Source: Bacteroidia bacterium
GTDB lineage: Bacteria; Bacteroidota; Bacteroidia; UKL13-3
Direction: 5' to 3'
Length of the DNA: 64,000 bases
Assembly: GCA_018058135.1 (NCBI GenBank)
Contig: JAGPCK010000001.1
Location: 60,617 to 124,616, forward strand
Made by a program: the position numbers and the translations under genes. A model generated the notes under the pieces. The model had not been told where the DNA came from. It made no database searches and saw nothing but the letters and a program-made list of their open reading frames with translations. This document shows, one piece after another, positions 48,101 to 55,625 of the stretch. The number at the start of each line of letters is the position of its first letter. The stretch's first letter is position 1.

Positions 48101-50494
48101 AGCGTATCTCCAGGAAGCGGCAACACCGTTCAACGCTGGATTTACAGAATCAACAATACCGGAGCATGGATGGTATACACCTATTCCTCTACTACCTCGT
48201 TCACTGAATACAACACTTCTGTAAGCAGTACCACATCACGTTCGTACCGTGCACTCATTTATAAATCTGCTTTATGCAAATTAGATACGTCTGCTGAATA
48301 TACACTTACCATGAGTCCGCGTACATACGGTAACTTATCAGCAACGCCAAGTGCAGGTAACAGCAGCATCTGTACAGGGTCATCGGTTAACATCAGTGTT
48401 ACACTTTCAGGTGGAACAATTCAAAGCTGGATATACCGTGATAATAACGGAGCATGGAATACCCTCTCCTACACCAGCAGCACTTCCATCACTGATTACA
48501 ACACCTCTGTAAGCGCCACAACAACACGCCAGTACCGTGCTTTAGTAACCAGCAATACCGGTTGTACCATTGATACCACCAATGCTGCAACTGTTACCGT
48601 TAACCCGCGTACCTATGGCAACATCAGCAATACGCCAAACTTGAGTAGCAACAATGTATGCAGCGGCTCATCAGTAACTGCCGGAGTAACCGTTTCAGGC
48701 AGTGTAATAGGTTGGTTGTACCGCGACAACAATACCGGTAATTGGATTAACTGGAACATTGCTTCCAACAATGTAACAGACTACAACACGACCACCTCTG
48801 CCACACTTATTCGCTCATACCGTGCATTGGTACAAAGCAGTGGTTGTTCTATTGATACCACCCAGCAGGCAAGCGTAACCATTAATCCTATAGGAAGAGG
48901 AAATAATACCATGCAGCCAACCGCAAACACCTCAACAGTGTGTGCTGGTAATGTGGCAGGAGTGAATATAACTCCGGGAACATCTACCGTTTTAGGCTGG
49001 ATGTACCGTGACAACAATACCGGAAGCTGGACCCCTATTTCTTTCAGCGGCTCCTCTTCCTACTACGATTATGCCACCGGTGTAAGTGCCACTACCGTTC
49101 GTTCATACCGTGCATTGGTTTACACTGCTGCAGCTTGTAGTTACGATACATCACTGGCGGTGAGTGTGACCATTAATCCTATCACCAAAGGTAACCTCAA
49201 CACATTAACCCCTACTGCACTAAACGGAACCGTATGCAGCGGAGAACCTGCATTTATTTCTGTAAGCACTCCCTTGCAAGTACTATATTGGATTTACCGT
49301 ACTGATGGTGGCGCATGGCAGGTGTACAACAGCGGCTCAACTTCATACAGCGACTATGCAACTAGTACAACAGCACAACAAATAAGAGAGTACAGAGCCA
49401 TCGTTCGTAACACCTCCAATTGCAGTGATGACACAACACTTTCAGTTGCTGTAACTTTAAAACCTTACAGTAATGGAAACAGCACAGCTACCCCAACGGT
49501 AAATCAGAGCATGATTTGTTCAGGTAACAGCATTACAGCCAGCATTGGGGGAAATGTATTGTATTGGATTTACCGCAACAACAACGGCACCTGGCTTACT
49601 GCCTCAGGTGGTAACACACTAATCCAGAACAACACCTCTGTTGGTCAGGTAACTCTTCGTAGCATACGTGCCATTCTCATTAATACATCATCTTGCAGCT
49701 ACGATACATCAGCTCAGGTGGATGTTACCATCAATCCAAACAGCACTGGCAATGTAAGTTTACAACCAGCCACTGAAGATGTTACTATTTGCAGCAACAA
49801 TCCTGCTGTTGTAAAAGTAAACGGATACATAGGTAATGTTGTGCGTTGGATATACCGCGACAACAGCGGACAGTGGAATAATATCTCCTTTAGTGCAGTG
49901 GATTCTTTCATTCACAACGCTACCACCGTTACTGCTTTAACCACACGTGAATACCGCGCCATTCTGTACACAGGTTGCAGCACAGATACTACTCTGGCCA
50001 TCGCAGTAACCATTGATGTATTCCCTGTTACTCCTTTAGTTTCTCAATCAGGTGATACACTTATCTGCTCTATTGCTTCAGGAGTTACTTACAAATGGAT
50101 ACGCAACGGATTAGACATTCCGGGTGCTAATGCCCAGAAATATGTTCCTACTCAAAGCGGAAATTATGTAGTGGAAGTAGGGAATAGTAATGATTGTAAA
50201 ACTGCCTCAGTTCCGTTTAACTATGTAAAAAGCAGTGTAGCATCAATGCAGTTGCTTGATGTGGTGGTTTATCCTAACCCTACACACAGTGGCGAAGTAC
50301 ACATCAACTTCACTCCTGTAACAAGCAGCATCCGCATTACTGTGATGAATGCTATGGGCCAGGTGGTAAAACAAAAACAAGTTGAAGCAACTGATAAACT
50401 AACCCTTGACTTAAGTGCTTTTGCACAGGGACTATATTTCATACACTTGGAAGCTGACGGAAAACAAGCTACCAAACAGGTATTGTTCAGATAA
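42113..50494 (+). CDS. 2793-aa secreted T9SS cargo built from about 27 tandem ~95-aa repeats of an unassigned family, followed by an Ig-like pre-CTD module and a type A C-terminal sorting domain
   Basis: Signal MNTKKFTITLETAFFIAVFLFGITGRSYAQ. Each repeat has the form C.G.......V......V..W(I/L)YRDNNG.W.....(S/T).....(Y/F)N..V.....R.YRA.......C..DT(S/T)A. C-terminus LDVVVYPNPTHSGEVHINF...GLYFIHLEADGKQ. Confidence 0.85.
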   Translation: MNTKKFTITLETAFFIAVFLFGITGRSYAQCGTASALSPVASATQICSGTTLKLSVQGLQVVNWIYRDNSGSWQNTFSGNQSTYSVTINVSSNTSREYRAIINHSTCNNDTTAGVTVSLQAAGYGNINSLVPISSSASSCSNSNVIVSIPAQYTVKEWLYRDNNSGNWFVYSTGNSSTLNVSGFTSTTPLIRSLRAIVASGSGCNYDTSAAVNLTFNPQSAGYRADIVPIPTATNVCAGTNTQVSVSNLLSVQNWIYRDNNGSWQSSFSGSSINVSSSSITTNTTRDFRVLINDNDNCRLDTSAMSSVSIVLNRGNDNNIVPTSVNPVVCSGNTATVAVPNNLSSQVTGWLRRDNNTGNWTLISSTSVTYNDFSTTISVPTSRSYRALIRNIQSCSIDTTAEVVINIKPNTNGNNNSLVPLAYSNTVCSGSQATVTFNGNGATVQNWIYRNNNTGNWFSGGSGTSYTDFNTTVTANTQRSYRAVLRDNLNCRIDTTAEVAISIKIKSYSGNTIQIQPVNTNPVICANATSQASITYNGNYTTEKWVYTDGSNWSDVSGSSSNSMFDYNTNVTSTTTRTYKALLRNNETCLIDSTLSTTTTITPRTYGVNNSVTIQPVQNTYCSGASVFQISASNIPNGYSAQNWIYRNNNTGSWIQTSSGTTLYDYSTTVSSTTVRSYRLLIFNSAMCKVDTSVETSITINTRNTGNNNSLIPVTSTTAICNGSNLFANITLNSGQTVARWLWRDNNGAWNIISTTSTSISQSNTYVLTSTTRQIRTIINDNNTCSTDTSAVLSVTINPVTGGTVSSITPSASQTAVCAGNTINVNLGSGSSTTFLRWYYSNNGTQWLEPSVYSQGTSMSDNDTRVTSSTSRRYRYVYYRNQGSCIIDTTQNITVNITPLGGGGMLSKSVSVSNSSICAGGSVTVSVSLASGEQVSRWLYRNNNGPWLVLSTSTSSAVSDNNIRVNTTTTREYRAVLYNTNGCSYDTTQSSSLTVNPLTNGNNPSVTPTAAASSVCGDGTLSINVNPGTGNSLRQWLYNNNNGSWLLLNTNNSTNYNHANTTVPNGVTSRGYRVLLTDAVNCNIDTSASLILTIQPLQTGNHSATPSGNTTVCASATSNNISLSTPSGYTVSKWIYNNNGGAWDDFPFNTSGSSTISDLNLNTANTTNRGYRVIIRNSSTCRIDTSATFSSTIYKNIGGVLTTSVPVALNSTVCFGATSQLSLNVPSGYSVTKWMYSDNGGALKDFTNSTSSSVLNENHTQVSATVSRSYVVILSNSSSCRRDTTAGTSVTINPRNNFGNSTANPTANPTGGICNGGSVQLSINQGAGNTVERWIYSDNNGPWTNILSSNSSSVTHQNTYINATVNRQYRAMINNVTQCRLDTSNAVNVNISMLGYGTDTTMVITSPDTICGGTTANISVGSSPVRKWIYRDNNGAWMDINNSASSSINETNTNVTSTVTRTYAALVFKTAFCRIDTSKLRTVVLKPYSQGNSTVKANIFTDSVCIGTSSVFMSVPTGTVKTWIYRDNFTGIWTSIPFSASTGFNHSLSGLTLNTPRVYRAILTSTGCSEDTTAGDTVVIKAFSKGNNNSVTPTISNATICNGAPAFVSINPGSGNSVIKWIYRNNNTGPWLDYQTGGNSISDYNTYVTTPQTRVYRAILRNNTLCSEDTSALLTLSLLPIGNGNTTTTPTANNSTVCTGSSAIISVNPGSGNSVQRWIYRNGTTGNWIDLAYSGNSVTDNNTITGVTLVRNYRAIIYNPSTCSRDTTPAVSVTITPVTVGVNTSITPTASNSSVCAGGFAQITTTTSGGSVVGWVYNINGSAWMNFGYTTSTSISDYQTSYTSTTTKAYRALIYTSSTCRIDTTNSVTVTISPRTYGNDNSYTFTSPSSACSGSSYNVQISSLGSGNSIARWIYRDNSGAWMNISSSSTAFTESNTNVSSTTTRVYRALIVKGNACTIDTSNACTVTINPVTNGNDNSITPSGPSSVCSGATANVSVSPGSGNTVQRWIYRINNTGAWMVYTYSSTTSFTEYNTSVSSTTSRSYRALIYKSALCKLDTSAEYTLTMSPRTYGNLSATPSAGNSSICTGSSVNISVTLSGGTIQSWIYRDNNGAWNTLSYTSSTSITDYNTSVSATTTRQYRALVTSNTGCTIDTTNAATVTVNPRTYGNISNTPNLSSNNVCSGSSVTAGVTVSGSVIGWLYRDNNTGNWINWNIASNNVTDYNTTTSATLIRSYRALVQSSGCSIDTTQQASVTINPIGRGNNTMQPTANTSTVCAGNVAGVNITPGTSTVLGWMYRDNNTGSWTPISFSGSSSYYDYATGVSATTVRSYRALVYTAAACSYDTSLAVSVTINPITKGNLNTLTPTALNGTVCSGEPAFISVSTPLQVLYWIYRTDGGAWQVYNSGSTSYSDYATSTTAQQIREYRAIVRNTSNCSDDTTLSVAVTLKPYSNGNSTATPTVNQSMICSGNSITASIGGNVLYWIYRNNNGTWLTASGGNTLIQNNTSVGQVTLRSIRAILINTSSCSYDTSAQVDVTINPNSTGNVSLQPATEDVTICSNNPAVVKVNGYIGNVVRWIYRDNSGQWNNISFSAVDSFIHNATTVTALTTREYRAILYTGCSTDTTLAIAVTIDVFPVTPLVSQSGDTLICSIASGVTYKWIRNGLDIPGANAQKYVPTQSGNYVVEVGNSNDCKTASVPFNYVKSSVASMQLLDVVVYPNPTHSGEVHINFTPVTSSIRITVMNAMGQVVKQKQVEATDKLTLDLSAFAQGLYFIHLEADGKQATKQVLFR
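42200..49970. repeat. About 27 tandem ~285 bp coding repeats inside the 42113..50494 gene
   Basis: Periodicity of the WxYRDNNGxW / YRA / CxxDT motifs in the translation. Coordinates approximate. Confidence 0.75.
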
Positions 50495-50506
50495 TATTAC
50501 ATTCTA

Positions 50507-50553
50507 ACCTAAACCCAAAGAGCCCGGAGCGCAGCAATGCCTTCGGGTTTCTT
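50507..50553 (+). terminator. Rho-independent terminator after the giant gene
   Basis: aaaccc..ccggag-cgcagcaatgc-cttcgg-gttt stem-loop followed by ctttttgtc. Confidence 0.55.
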
Positions 50554-50835
50554 TTTGTCTTAAATAGTCTGTCGGCTGTAACAACTTATAGTACAGGGTG
50601 ATGTTGGTCAGACACATTAAGCGTCAGACCACTGAGGTGCGCATAAACGAAAGCATTTTTTGTTTGTATTGTAAAAACTATTGTTTACTATTGCATACGA
50701 ATTCTGTTCTGAATTCCTCCAGCAATAAAATCTCACCCCATTTACCGGAACATTTTACGCAGCGAGAATTCAAACAACATACCCAAGTATTTTTATTCAA
50801 CCAAACATATTCACTCATTTTGATATTGTGCTGAC

Positions 50836-52545
50836 ATGGCAGAAAACGAGAATGATTTAAACACGCCCCCTTCTACCGAAGGAGAGGCTCCCAAGCGCAG
50901 AGGCCGTCCCAAAGCTACAACAGTAAAGAAAAAAGAAACCCCAGAGGAAAAAGAAGCTCCTGCTGAGGAGAAAGTTGTTCCTCAAGTTGTGGCAGAGAAA
51001 CAACCGATTGCTGAAGAGCCTAAAAGAGAAGAACAGCGAAGAGAACATCGGCCGGTAAGGGAAAAAACACCCGTTTCAGAAAATACACCGGTAACCAAAG
51101 ACGAGGACAAAAAAGATCTTCCGCAGGAAAATAGTCAACAGCAAAACCCGAATCCCAACCCGCAGTTTCGCAAACCTCATCACCCGCAACAACATAATCG
51201 CCCCAATCCCAACAATCCTAACCAGGGAAACAACAACCCCGGTAACGGAGGAAATGGAAACAACCCCAACAATGGTGGAGATAACAGGAACAATAATGAC
51301 AACCGTGGTAACACTAACGATAATCGTGGAAATGTTGAAAACAGAGGGAATGGAGACAACAGAGGCAATAACGAAAATCGTGGCAACTGGAACCAGAATC
51401 AACAACAGCAACAAAACCTTTATGCTGAATTAGACAGCATAGTAAGCAGCGAAGGGGTACTGGAAATGATTCAGGACGGATACGGTTTTTTACGTAGCAG
51501 CGACTACAATTATATGCCTTCCCCAGATGATGTATATGTAGCTCCATCGCAGATAAAAACCTTCGGTTTAAAAACCGGTGATACAGTTAAATGTGCTGTG
51601 CGTCCTCCTAAAGAAGGTGAAAAATATTTTGCACTCACACGCGTAGAATCCATAAACGGACGTACGCCTGCTGAGGTACGCGACCGTGTTTCTTTCGAAC
51701 ACCTTACTCCGCTTTTCCCTGATGAAAAGTTAAATCTGGGAGGGAAAAACAGCACCTATGCTACCCGCATTATTGACTTGTTAGCCCCCATTGGAAAAGG
51801 TCAGCGTGGTTTAATTGTGGCGCAACCAAAAACAGGTAAAACTGTTTTGTTAAAAGAAATTGCCAATGTAATTGCAGCAAATCATCCCGAAGTTTATCTG
51901 ATTATTTTATTGATTGATGAACGTCCGGAAGAGGTAACCGATATGGCCCGCAGTGTGAATGCCGAAGTAGTGGCTTCTACCTTTGATGAAGCGGCTGATA
52001 AACACGTAAAACTGGCCAATATTGTTTTGGAAAAAGCTAAACGTATGGTAGAATGCGGACATGATGTAGTGATTTTATTGGACTCCATCACCCGTATGGC
52101 GCGTGCGTTTAACACCGCCCAACCTGCATCAGGTAAAGTACTCTCCGGTGGAGTAGATGCTAATGCATTGCACAAACCGAAAAGATTCTTTGGTGCAGCC
52201 CGTAAAATTGAAAAAGGTGGCTCACTTACTATTGTTGCTACCGCCTTAATTGATACCGGCTCAAAAATGGACGAGGTAATTTTTGAAGAGTTTAAAGGTA
52301 CGGGTAACATGGAATTGCAACTCGACCGTAAGCTTTCTAACAAACGTATTTTCCCTGCTATTGATATTGTTTCATCCAGCACCCGCAGAGAAGATTTGTT
52401 GTTAGACAAAAACACCCTGCAAAAGATTTGGGTACTACGCAATCACATCTCTGATATGAATGCGGAAGAGGCCATGAATCTGGTATTGAAATACATGAAA
52501 GACACCAAGAGCAACGAAGAGTTTCTGGTGTCTATGAACGGATAA
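50836..52545 (+). CDS. rho: Transcription termination factor Rho with a long N/G/Q/R-rich N-terminal insertion
   Basis: C-terminal RecA-like core ..[25 protein letters not shown]..; the primary RNA-binding OB fold ..[15 protein letters not shown]..; a low-complexity block [46 protein letters not shown]. Confidence 0.92.
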   Translation: MAENENDLNTPPSTEGEAPKRRGRPKATTVKKKETPEEKEAPAEEKVVPQVVAEKQPIAEEPKREEQRREHRPVREKTPVSENTPVTKDEDKKDLPQENSQQQNPNPNPQFRKPHHPQQHNRPNPNNPNQGNNNPGNGGNGNNPNNGGDNRNNNDNRGNTNDNRGNVENRGNGDNRGNNENRGNWNQNQQQQQNLYAELDSIVSSEGVLEMIQDGYGFLRSSDYNYMPSPDDVYVAPSQIKTFGLKTGDTVKCAVRPPKEGEKYFALTRVESINGRTPAEVRDRVSFEHLTPLFPDEKLNLGGKNSTYATRIIDLLAPIGKGQRGLIVAQPKTGKTVLLKEIANVIAANHPEVYLIILLIDERPEEVTDMARSVNAEVVASTFDEAADKHVKLANIVLEKAKRMVECGHDVVILLDSITRMARAFNTAQPASGKVLSGGVDANALHKPKRFFGAARKIEKGGSLTIVATALIDTGSKMDEVIFEEFKGTGNMELQLDRKLSNKRIFPAIDIVSSSTRREDLLLDKNTLQKIWVLRNHISDMNAEEAMNLVLKYMKDTKSNEEFLVSMNG

Positions 52546-52551
52546 TATTCA

Positions 52552-52597
52552 CCACTGATTACATTAAGTTGGTGTAATCAGTGGTCTTTCTCTTTCC
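52552..52597 (+). terminator. Rho-independent terminator after rho
   Basis: Perfect 12 bp stem ccactgattaca / tgtaatcagtgg with a 9 nt loop, followed by tctttctctttcc. Confidence 0.7.
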
Positions 52598-52645
52598 TCT
52601 TGCTGCTTCCCCTTTTTTTTTGCAGATTCGCAGTAATTATTCAAC

Positions 52646-53668
52646 ATGCCTTATCCAAAAGTAGCTGTAGTAATTATTCACTGGAACCGTAAGCACCTGC
52701 TGAAAAATTTTCTTCCTTCAGTTGTGGCTTCTACTTACCCCAATCTGGAAATTGTATTGGCAGATAATGCTTCTGACGATGGCTCGGTTGAGTATGTGCA
52801 ACAGCATTTCCCTTCGGTAACTGTTGTGCGTAACGATGCCAATTACGGATATGCAGGTGGATATAACCACGCACTTAAACACGTTCAAGCGGATTACTAT
52901 GTTTTGCTTAACAACGACATTGAGGTTCCTGCCAACTGGATAGAACCGGTAATAGAAGCCATGGAAAAAAACAAGGCCATTGCCGCTGCTCAACCCAAGA
53001 TGCTCGACTTCCACAACAAAGGAAGTTTTGAATATGCCGGTGCCAGCGGAGGTATGCTTGATGCTTTCGGCTTTCCATTTTGCAGGGGAAGAATTTTCAA
53101 CACCCTGGAAACCGATTTGAATCAGTATGATGAAGCTACTTCTGTATTTTGGGCAACTGGCGCCTGTCTGTTTATACGCACAGAGTTGTTTCATGCTGCC
53201 GGTGGATTTGACGAACACTTTTTCGCACACATGGAAGAGATTGACTTGTGCTGGCGCCTGCAACTAATGGGGCACGAGATTTGGGCTATTCCCCAATCGC
53301 AGGTGTACCATGTGGGTGGAGGAACTTTGGATAAAATAAATGCACACAAAACCTACCTCAACTTTCGCAATTCGCTGATTATGCTTTACAAAAATCTGCC
53401 TGCACAAAAACTATGGTGGGTAATTTTTGTACGCTCCTGGCTTGACCTGTTGGCTTCCATACATTTTCTTTCAAAAGGTGAGCGCGACCACAGTTGGGCC
53501 ATACACCGCGCTCATGCTGATTTTTTCTTTCAACTGAAAAAGTGGCAACAACTGAGAAAAAAAATACGCCCGCTTAAAAAAAGGTCTGCTCCATTATCAG
53601 GGTTATACCAATTCAGTATTGTGTTCCGTTATTTTATTCTTAAAAAACATACATTTAAAAGTTTATGA
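52646..53668 (+). CDS. Family 2 glycosyltransferase
   Basis: VAVVIIHWNRKHLLKNFLPSVVAS..LADNASDDGS..YGYAGGYN..LLNNDIEV, DxD-type GT-A motifs. Confidence 0.8.
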   Translation: MPYPKVAVVIIHWNRKHLLKNFLPSVVASTYPNLEIVLADNASDDGSVEYVQQHFPSVTVVRNDANYGYAGGYNHALKHVQADYYVLLNNDIEVPANWIEPVIEAMEKNKAIAAAQPKMLDFHNKGSFEYAGASGGMLDAFGFPFCRGRIFNTLETDLNQYDEATSVFWATGACLFIRTELFHAAGGFDEHFFAHMEEIDLCWRLQLMGHEIWAIPQSQVYHVGGGTLDKINAHKTYLNFRNSLIMLYKNLPAQKLWWVIFVRSWLDLLASIHFLSKGERDHSWAIHRAHADFFFQLKKWQQLRKKIRPLKKRSAPLSGLYQFSIVFRYFILKKHTFKSL

Positions 53669-54399
53669 AATATTTTTTTCTGTTGCTGTTAGGTATAACT
53701 GTGTCTGCTAAAATAAAGGCACAGGAGGCACCTACTGCTGATACCACCGTATTGTTGCTGGTAGAAAATATGCCGGAGTTTCCAGGAGGATCAGAAGCTA
53801 TGATGAAATTCATTTCCTCCAATATCCGCTACCCCAAAGCAGCTATTGAAAACTCGGTGCAGGGTCGTGTGGTAGCTTCTTTTATTGTAAACACCGATGG
53901 AAGTTTGAGCGATATTAAACTACTGAAAAAACTAGGATGGGGTTGTGATGAGGAAGTAGAACGCGTGTTGCTGAAAATGCCGTTGTGGCAACCGGGCAAA
54001 CAAAACGGAAAACTGGTGCGTGTACAGTTTAACTTGCCTGTTGCCTTTCAATTGCAGGGAGAAGACAGTAATGCATCAAAAGACAATTTCATTGGTCCGA
54101 AGTTTATCGGAGGGGAGACCGCTCTGGCACATTACATAGATGACCACCTCAAGTATCCTAAAAAAGCCCGTAAAGACAGTACAGAAGGAACTGTTATCGC
54201 CAATGCAGTAATTGATGCTAAGGGTAAGGTGGTAAAAATTGAGATTCTCAAGGGGATAAGCAAAGAGTGCGACAAAGAAGCCATGCGTCTGATAAAATCG
54301 CTCCCTCCTTTTGAGCCCGCTAAAAGAAACCGCATTCAGGTAGAGTCAACCTATTTTATCTCGGTCAAGTTCAGGTTACCCTCAGAAAATAAAAAGTAG
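53665..54399 (+). CDS. Secreted protein with two TonB C-terminal (energy-transducer) domains
   Basis: Two units of the form MPEFPGG..A...F....YP..A.E....G.V...F.V...G (first MPEFPGGSEAMMKFISSNIRYPKAAIENSVQGRVVASFIVNTDG; second FIGGETALAHYIDDHLKYPKKARKDSTEGTVIANAVIDAKG). Overlaps the GT2 stop (ATGA). Confidence 0.7.
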   Translation: MKYFFLLLLGITVSAKIKAQEAPTADTTVLLLVENMPEFPGGSEAMMKFISSNIRYPKAAIENSVQGRVVASFIVNTDGSLSDIKLLKKLGWGCDEEVERVLLKMPLWQPGKQNGKLVRVQFNLPVAFQLQGEDSNASKDNFIGPKFIGGETALAHYIDDHLKYPKKARKDSTEGTVIANAVIDAKGKVVKIEILKGISKECDKEAMRLIKSLPPFEPAKRNRIQVESTYFISVKFRLPSENKK

Positions 54400-54400
54400 T

Positions 54401-55087
54401 TTATTTTTTCAGCGCTGGGCCTTTAGGCAGTTTGGGCTTAATGTGGTAGCTGAGGCCAAACTCTGTTGCATATCCTTTAATGTTGGTATTGTATGCTTTT
54501 CCTGCAGTGGTTTCAGTGCTGTATTTTGCTGTAGCAGATGAAGTGAACGTGCTGAACATAAACATGACAGCTAAACCTTTGTAAACATACACTCTGGCTC
54601 GTGTACCGGCACGGGCAATACCTCCGGTACTTTTGTTTTTGTTGTTGCCCATTGTTTTGTCTTCAAATGAAGTGTTGAACAATCCCAGAGAACCGTAGCA
54701 GGAAAGGTCAATTACATTGCTGGTAAAAAAATGATAGTTTACATCTCCGGTAATTTCTTTAGTGGCTATTCTCACTTTTTCATGTGCAGATTGAAAACCA
54801 TAAAAGGCAACAGGGTCAACTTTATAATAATCCACTCCTGAACTGAAACCAATCCCTATCTGGTCGGTAATACCATATTCAATAATCAAAGGGTCACGTA
54901 TACCATCCATGTTCTGATTGTCCCCTTTAATTTCACCGTTACCTCTATTGCAGGTGCTAAAGTTGGCATACGTATCGCCTCCGGATATACTCACCAACAA
55001 GGAACCCTTACGAAAAGCCTGCGCAAATGCTGCAGAGAAACTGAAAAGCATACAGCTTAAAGCTAGGAACAAGTATCTGTTTAACAT
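54401..55087 (-). CDS. Outer-membrane beta-barrel protein
   Basis: ATG at 55087 gives MLNRYLFLALSCMLFSFSAAFAQ. Alternating amphipathic strands. The C-terminal segment ..EFGLSYHIKPKL is typical of OmpA-like or porin barrels. Confidence 0.6.
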   Translation of the reverse strand: MLNRYLFLALSCMLFSFSAAFAQAFRKGSLLVSISGGDTYANFSTCNRGNGEIKGDNQNMDGIRDPLIIEYGITDQIGIGFSSGVDYYKVDPVAFYGFQSAHEKVRIATKEITGDVNYHFFTSNVIDLSCYGSLGLFNTSFEDKTMGNNKNKSTGGIARAGTRARVYVYKGLAVMFMFSTFTSSATAKYSTETTAGKAYNTNIKGYATEFGLSYHIKPKLPKGPALKK

Positions 55088-55134
55088 AGACTTGAGATTT
55101 AGTATATCAAAAATAGTGTAATCTGTTGAAATTC

Positions 55135-55557
55135 CTACTTTAAGGAAATAAAATATTGCAAGGCACACAGGTAACCGTTTAAACCCAACCCGCTGATAAT
55201 GCCTATGCAGTGTTTAGACAACAAGGAAATATGGCGGTATTCTTCCCGCGCAAAAATGTTACTGATGTGCACCTCAATAACGGGGGTGGAAATAGCCGCT
55301 ACGGCATCGGCTAAAGCAACTGAAGTGTGGGTATATCCGCCTGCATTCAGAATAATGCCGTCATAGCTGAAACCTGTTGCATGCAATTGGTTGATGAGCT
55401 CCCCCTCTACATTACTTTGGTAGTACTCCAATGTTACACCGCTGAATTCTTTGCTGAGTTTTTCAAAAAAAGACTCAAAAGTTTCGTTACCGTAAATGTC
55501 CGGTTCACGTTTACCCAATAAATTGAGGTTGGGTCCGTTGATGATTATTATCTTCAT
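55135..55557 (-). CDS. aroQ: Type II 3-dehydroquinate dehydratase
   Basis: MKIIIINGPNLNLLGKREPDIYG...IILNAGGYTHTSVALADA...EVHISNIFAREEYRHIS, the canonical AroQ sequence. Confidence 0.92.
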   Translation of the reverse strand: MKIIIINGPNLNLLGKREPDIYGNETFESFFEKLSKEFSGVTLEYYQSNVEGELINQLHATGFSYDGIILNAGGYTHTSVALADAVAAISTPVIEVHISNIFAREEYRHISLLSKHCIGIISGLGLNGYLCALQYFISLK

Positions 55558-55625
55558 TATCGTTAAACAATAGTACTGAAAAACCCGAACTTCGCATACA
55601 CGTTACAAAAATAATCACCTTTACA

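Noticed and set aside
3420-49970. CRISPR array
   Set aside because: The only regular repeats are about 285-290 bp in-frame coding repeats inside the two giant genes. No short 25-40 bp direct repeats with unique spacers, and no cas genes, are present.
42481-50475. Many minus-strand ORFs of 60-103 aa inside the 2793-aa gene
   Set aside because: Same reason: they are antisense artefacts of a long repeat-rich coding region.
51076-51755. Minus-strand ORFs inside rho (51076..51414, 51180..51386, 51314..51547, 51510..51755)
   Set aside because: They are antisense to the Rho low-complexity insertion and Rho core, so they are artefacts.
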